The translations under genes were made by a program, and so were the position numbers. 64,000 nt of DNA from Orbicella franksi (lineage: Eukaryota): positions 31,806,001 through 31,870,000 of the forward strand of contig OZ116700.1 in the NCBI GenBank assembly GCA_964199315.1, read 5' to 3'. Positions 62,001 through 64,000 of the stretch are shown here, piece after piece (position 1 is the stretch's first letter; every line of letters starts with the position of its first letter). A model generated the notes under the pieces. The model was not told where the DNA came from. It saw nothing but the letters and a program-made list of their open reading frames with translations, and did not search any database.

Positions 62001-63449
62001 ACCCCAGAGATTGGATTTCTAGATATGTAAAATCTGAAAAATTCAAGTAAGCTCAGCTCAAGCTTAGATCAGTGCTTTTAATAAGACTTGGCACCTGCAT
62101 AAGCTTTGGTGGGGATTCTATGATGTTAGCAGTTCTCACAAAAGTACATGTAGCTGATTGCCAGTTAAAATCTCCATCTACATGTACTTGATAATCTCAG
62201 CTGGATTGTTTGTCCAGTTCTTTGGAAAAATATGCAAAATCAGCCATAAACAAAGACCCCTACTTGAAAACTTTTGACAACTCTGCATTGTAGTTACAAC
62301 TCTATGGAAAGTGCTGTTGGAGGCATCCTTCTGTTACAATGCACTAAACTTTGTATCATAGTAAATGGTTTGAACCCAGGAGTATCAGTAGTTTGTATAG
62401 TGTGATCGTCCAGGTGAGGGTAGTTCTGAAAAGAACTGTTGTTGGTGTGTTGTCACCAACAACAATTCTTTTCATAGCACAAAATAATGGCTCAGTAAGA
62501 GAAGATGATTGTGTACGCCAATTCGTAGACTACAGTGTACAAGTAGTCCTTCTTTTACTTAGTCCATGTAGCAAGACCATAAATAAGCCGCGAGGAAAAG
62601 GATGGGCACGTGAAATCCTGGGGGTGAGATGCATGTGCTTCTCACCCCCGGGAGCTTGGGTGGCTTTTTTTTTTCTTGCAGGTTTCTTTCACATGATGCA
62701 CAACGGACTACATGTAAGGAAAAGAGGGACTACTCGTAGTTATGTAGTCTAACCAATTTGTGTATCATTTGAAGTTCACTTCTGCTCTGTTTTCTTACTC
62801 AGTGGCAAAAGGGTGTTGAGATGAAGGTAACAACTCGGCTCAAAGAAGCATTTGACAAATGGCACATGTTTAAAATGGATCAGAACAGGTAATCAGTCAA
62901 GCCAGGTAATTTTGTAGTAGGCAGGACAGCAAACGCTGTGTCACCTGTCCTCTGAAGGCTCCTATGGGAGAAATTTGATGTGAACTAAGCAGAAAACATT
63001 TGACAGTAGGCAACATAATTGGCACAATTTCTGGCTCTTGGCACAAGAGAGCTGGATAAAAATTAACACACAGTTACATGCTTTATAGAAGAAGCCATCA
63101 TGGGCGTTCTCTCAAAACTACGCAATTGCTAGTTTCTCATTTCAGACTTAATAAGAAACATAAAGCAAGCTAGGAGAATTAATAGTTTGAGTCTGAGACT
63201 GAAAGAGTTAAGTAAAAGGAGATCAGAATTATGACAAAAAAGCTAGTCATAAGAATTGACATGTGTATTTTTTCATTAGGATGCCCATGCTTTTAGGGAA
63301 GGAATTTGTTCTAAATTTTGGTCTTTAAATGATAGGGATGCAATGATGGAGGAGATGGCTGACAGGCAGGTTTTATCAAGAAACTATACAAAATGGAAGA
63401 TAAAGTACGAGACAGAACAGAAGAATGGTGTAGCTTCATTACACTTCAA
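53012..63449 (+). CDS. Partial gene (3' end beyond the window) for a large protein with a disordered Ser-rich N-half and Sfi1-like Trp repeats (C1orf167/SFI1/CCDC191-type); exons 53012-53068, 56895-56934, 57375-57526, 57879-57966, 58392-59796, 60049-60169, 60297-60376, 61695-61914, 62803-62888, 63336-63449
   Basis: Ten GT-AG exons with consistent phases. Repeats MFRRWY, QKCFEAWR, IMAKYWLKWQ, LKEAFDKWH and VLSRNYTKWK fit the Sfi1 pattern of hydrophobic-x-x-F/Y-x-x-W. The first two exons are less certain, and the family name is from motif recall. Confidence 0.7.
54581..54761. mobile_element. MITE, 181 bp
   Basis: TIRs TGTGTATTTCCAAAAAATATCCATAC versus the reverse complement TGTGCAGTTCCTGAAAATATCCATAC. 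Confidence 0.75.
57021..57241. mobile_element. hAT-like MITE, 221 bp, with a 5-bp target-site duplication (CTAAG)
   Basis: TIRs CAGGGCTTGAAAAAA / TTTTTTCGAGCCCTG, with CTAAG immediately on both sides (57016-57020, 57242-57246). Confidence 0.8.
59832..59995. mobile_element. Degenerate Tc1/mariner-type MITE
   Basis: CAGTTCAAACTCGCTTATCTCGAAC ... GTTCTTGATAGCAGGGCTCAACT; resembles 42984-43156. Confidence 0.45.
60858..61126. repeat. Tandem duplication, 2 x 136 bp, rich in AAACGCT
   Basis: Units start at 60858 and 60994 (AAACGCTACA.AAACGCACCAAACGCTAA...AAACGCTACTGACCAGACT.GCTCCT.GTC.T.AACTATGT). Confidence 0.9.
61247..61565 (+). mobile_element. SINE family A, full-length older copy
   Basis: TGGTTAGTGAGC A box, GGTTCGAACCC B box, the same body as 18375-18686, tail GTATGCAGAC. 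Confidence 0.8.
62401..62472. mobile_element. Collapsed remnant resembling a Penelope-like element terminal repeat
   Basis: GTGATCGTCCAGGTGAGGGTAGTTCTGAAAAGAACTGTTGTTGGTG followed by the inverted CACCAACAACAATTCTTT. Assignment is from recall only. Confidence 0.35.
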
Positions 63450-64000
63450 GTAGGTTGATACTGTTATTGCGCGACAACAACAATATTGTGTTATTATTAT
63501 TTTTAAGTCAATAACTCCTTTGATATGCTAGTCATTGTTTTATTATTATTATTATTATTATTTTCACTTTAGTTTTTTGCGCTTAAGTTATTAGTACTCA
63601 TATAATGTCTGACTAAGCTACAGTATTTTTTAATGGCCTAAAAATGTAAAAGTGTCGTACCAGAAATGTAAACTATAGAGCCATGTAAATTGCATATTAG
63701 CTGTAGTAAAAGTTTGTTTTTTTGTTGTTTTTTTTTTGTTCTTACTACAGCCGTATATTATTTATGATGTTAAATTTGGCATCTGACAGGACGTAAATTT
63801 TTAACTTTTGTAGATTCATTTTATTTAGTAACTTTCAAACATTCTTGGTGAGGAAACTGAAAAAATTGTCCCTATCATTGTAAAGATTCTTCAGGTTGTA
63901 TGATATTGGCAGGTCTGCTCAGATTTTATATTGAAAATAGGAACCAAAATTATGCAACAGGTTTTTGTACCTTTGAGTAATTATTAATTTCTCATTGTCA

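Overview
Eukaryotic, AT-rich, intron-containing genomic DNA. It is most likely anthozoan (stony-coral-like), inferred from the repeat families and gene content rather than from a database match. Genes I could assemble by hand from GT-AG junctions with consistent phases, left to right: (1-2) two small minus-strand genes for secreted precursors, each releasing a cationic peptide with a single disulfide loop between dibasic sites (1771-2444 and 5670-7027); (3) a 12-exon POM121-like transmembrane FG-nucleoporin (+, 8428-16794) with a duplicated NLS-like exon; (4) a 7-exon Hv-type voltage-gated proton channel (-, 18217-22032) with Glu at the selectivity-filter position and no C-terminal coiled coil; (5) an intronless Mab-21/cGAS-like receptor with an intact catalytic triad and a hydrophobic helix at each end (+, 25881-27302); (6-7) two divergently oriented clan-2 cytochrome P450 paralogues with uninterrupted coding sequences (28213-29739 -, 49376-50908 +), the first with an altered I-helix acid-alcohol pair; (8) the 5' part of a gene with Sfi1-like Trp repeats (+, 53012 to beyond the window end). 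The rest is a mix of MITEs, tRNA-derived SINEs, LINE 3' ends and simple repeats. I see no rRNA, tRNA or CRISPR array. The best candidates for undescribed biology are the peptide precursor pair, the atypical Hv paralogue and the membrane-anchored cGLR. All gene models are manual and need RNA-seq confirmation.
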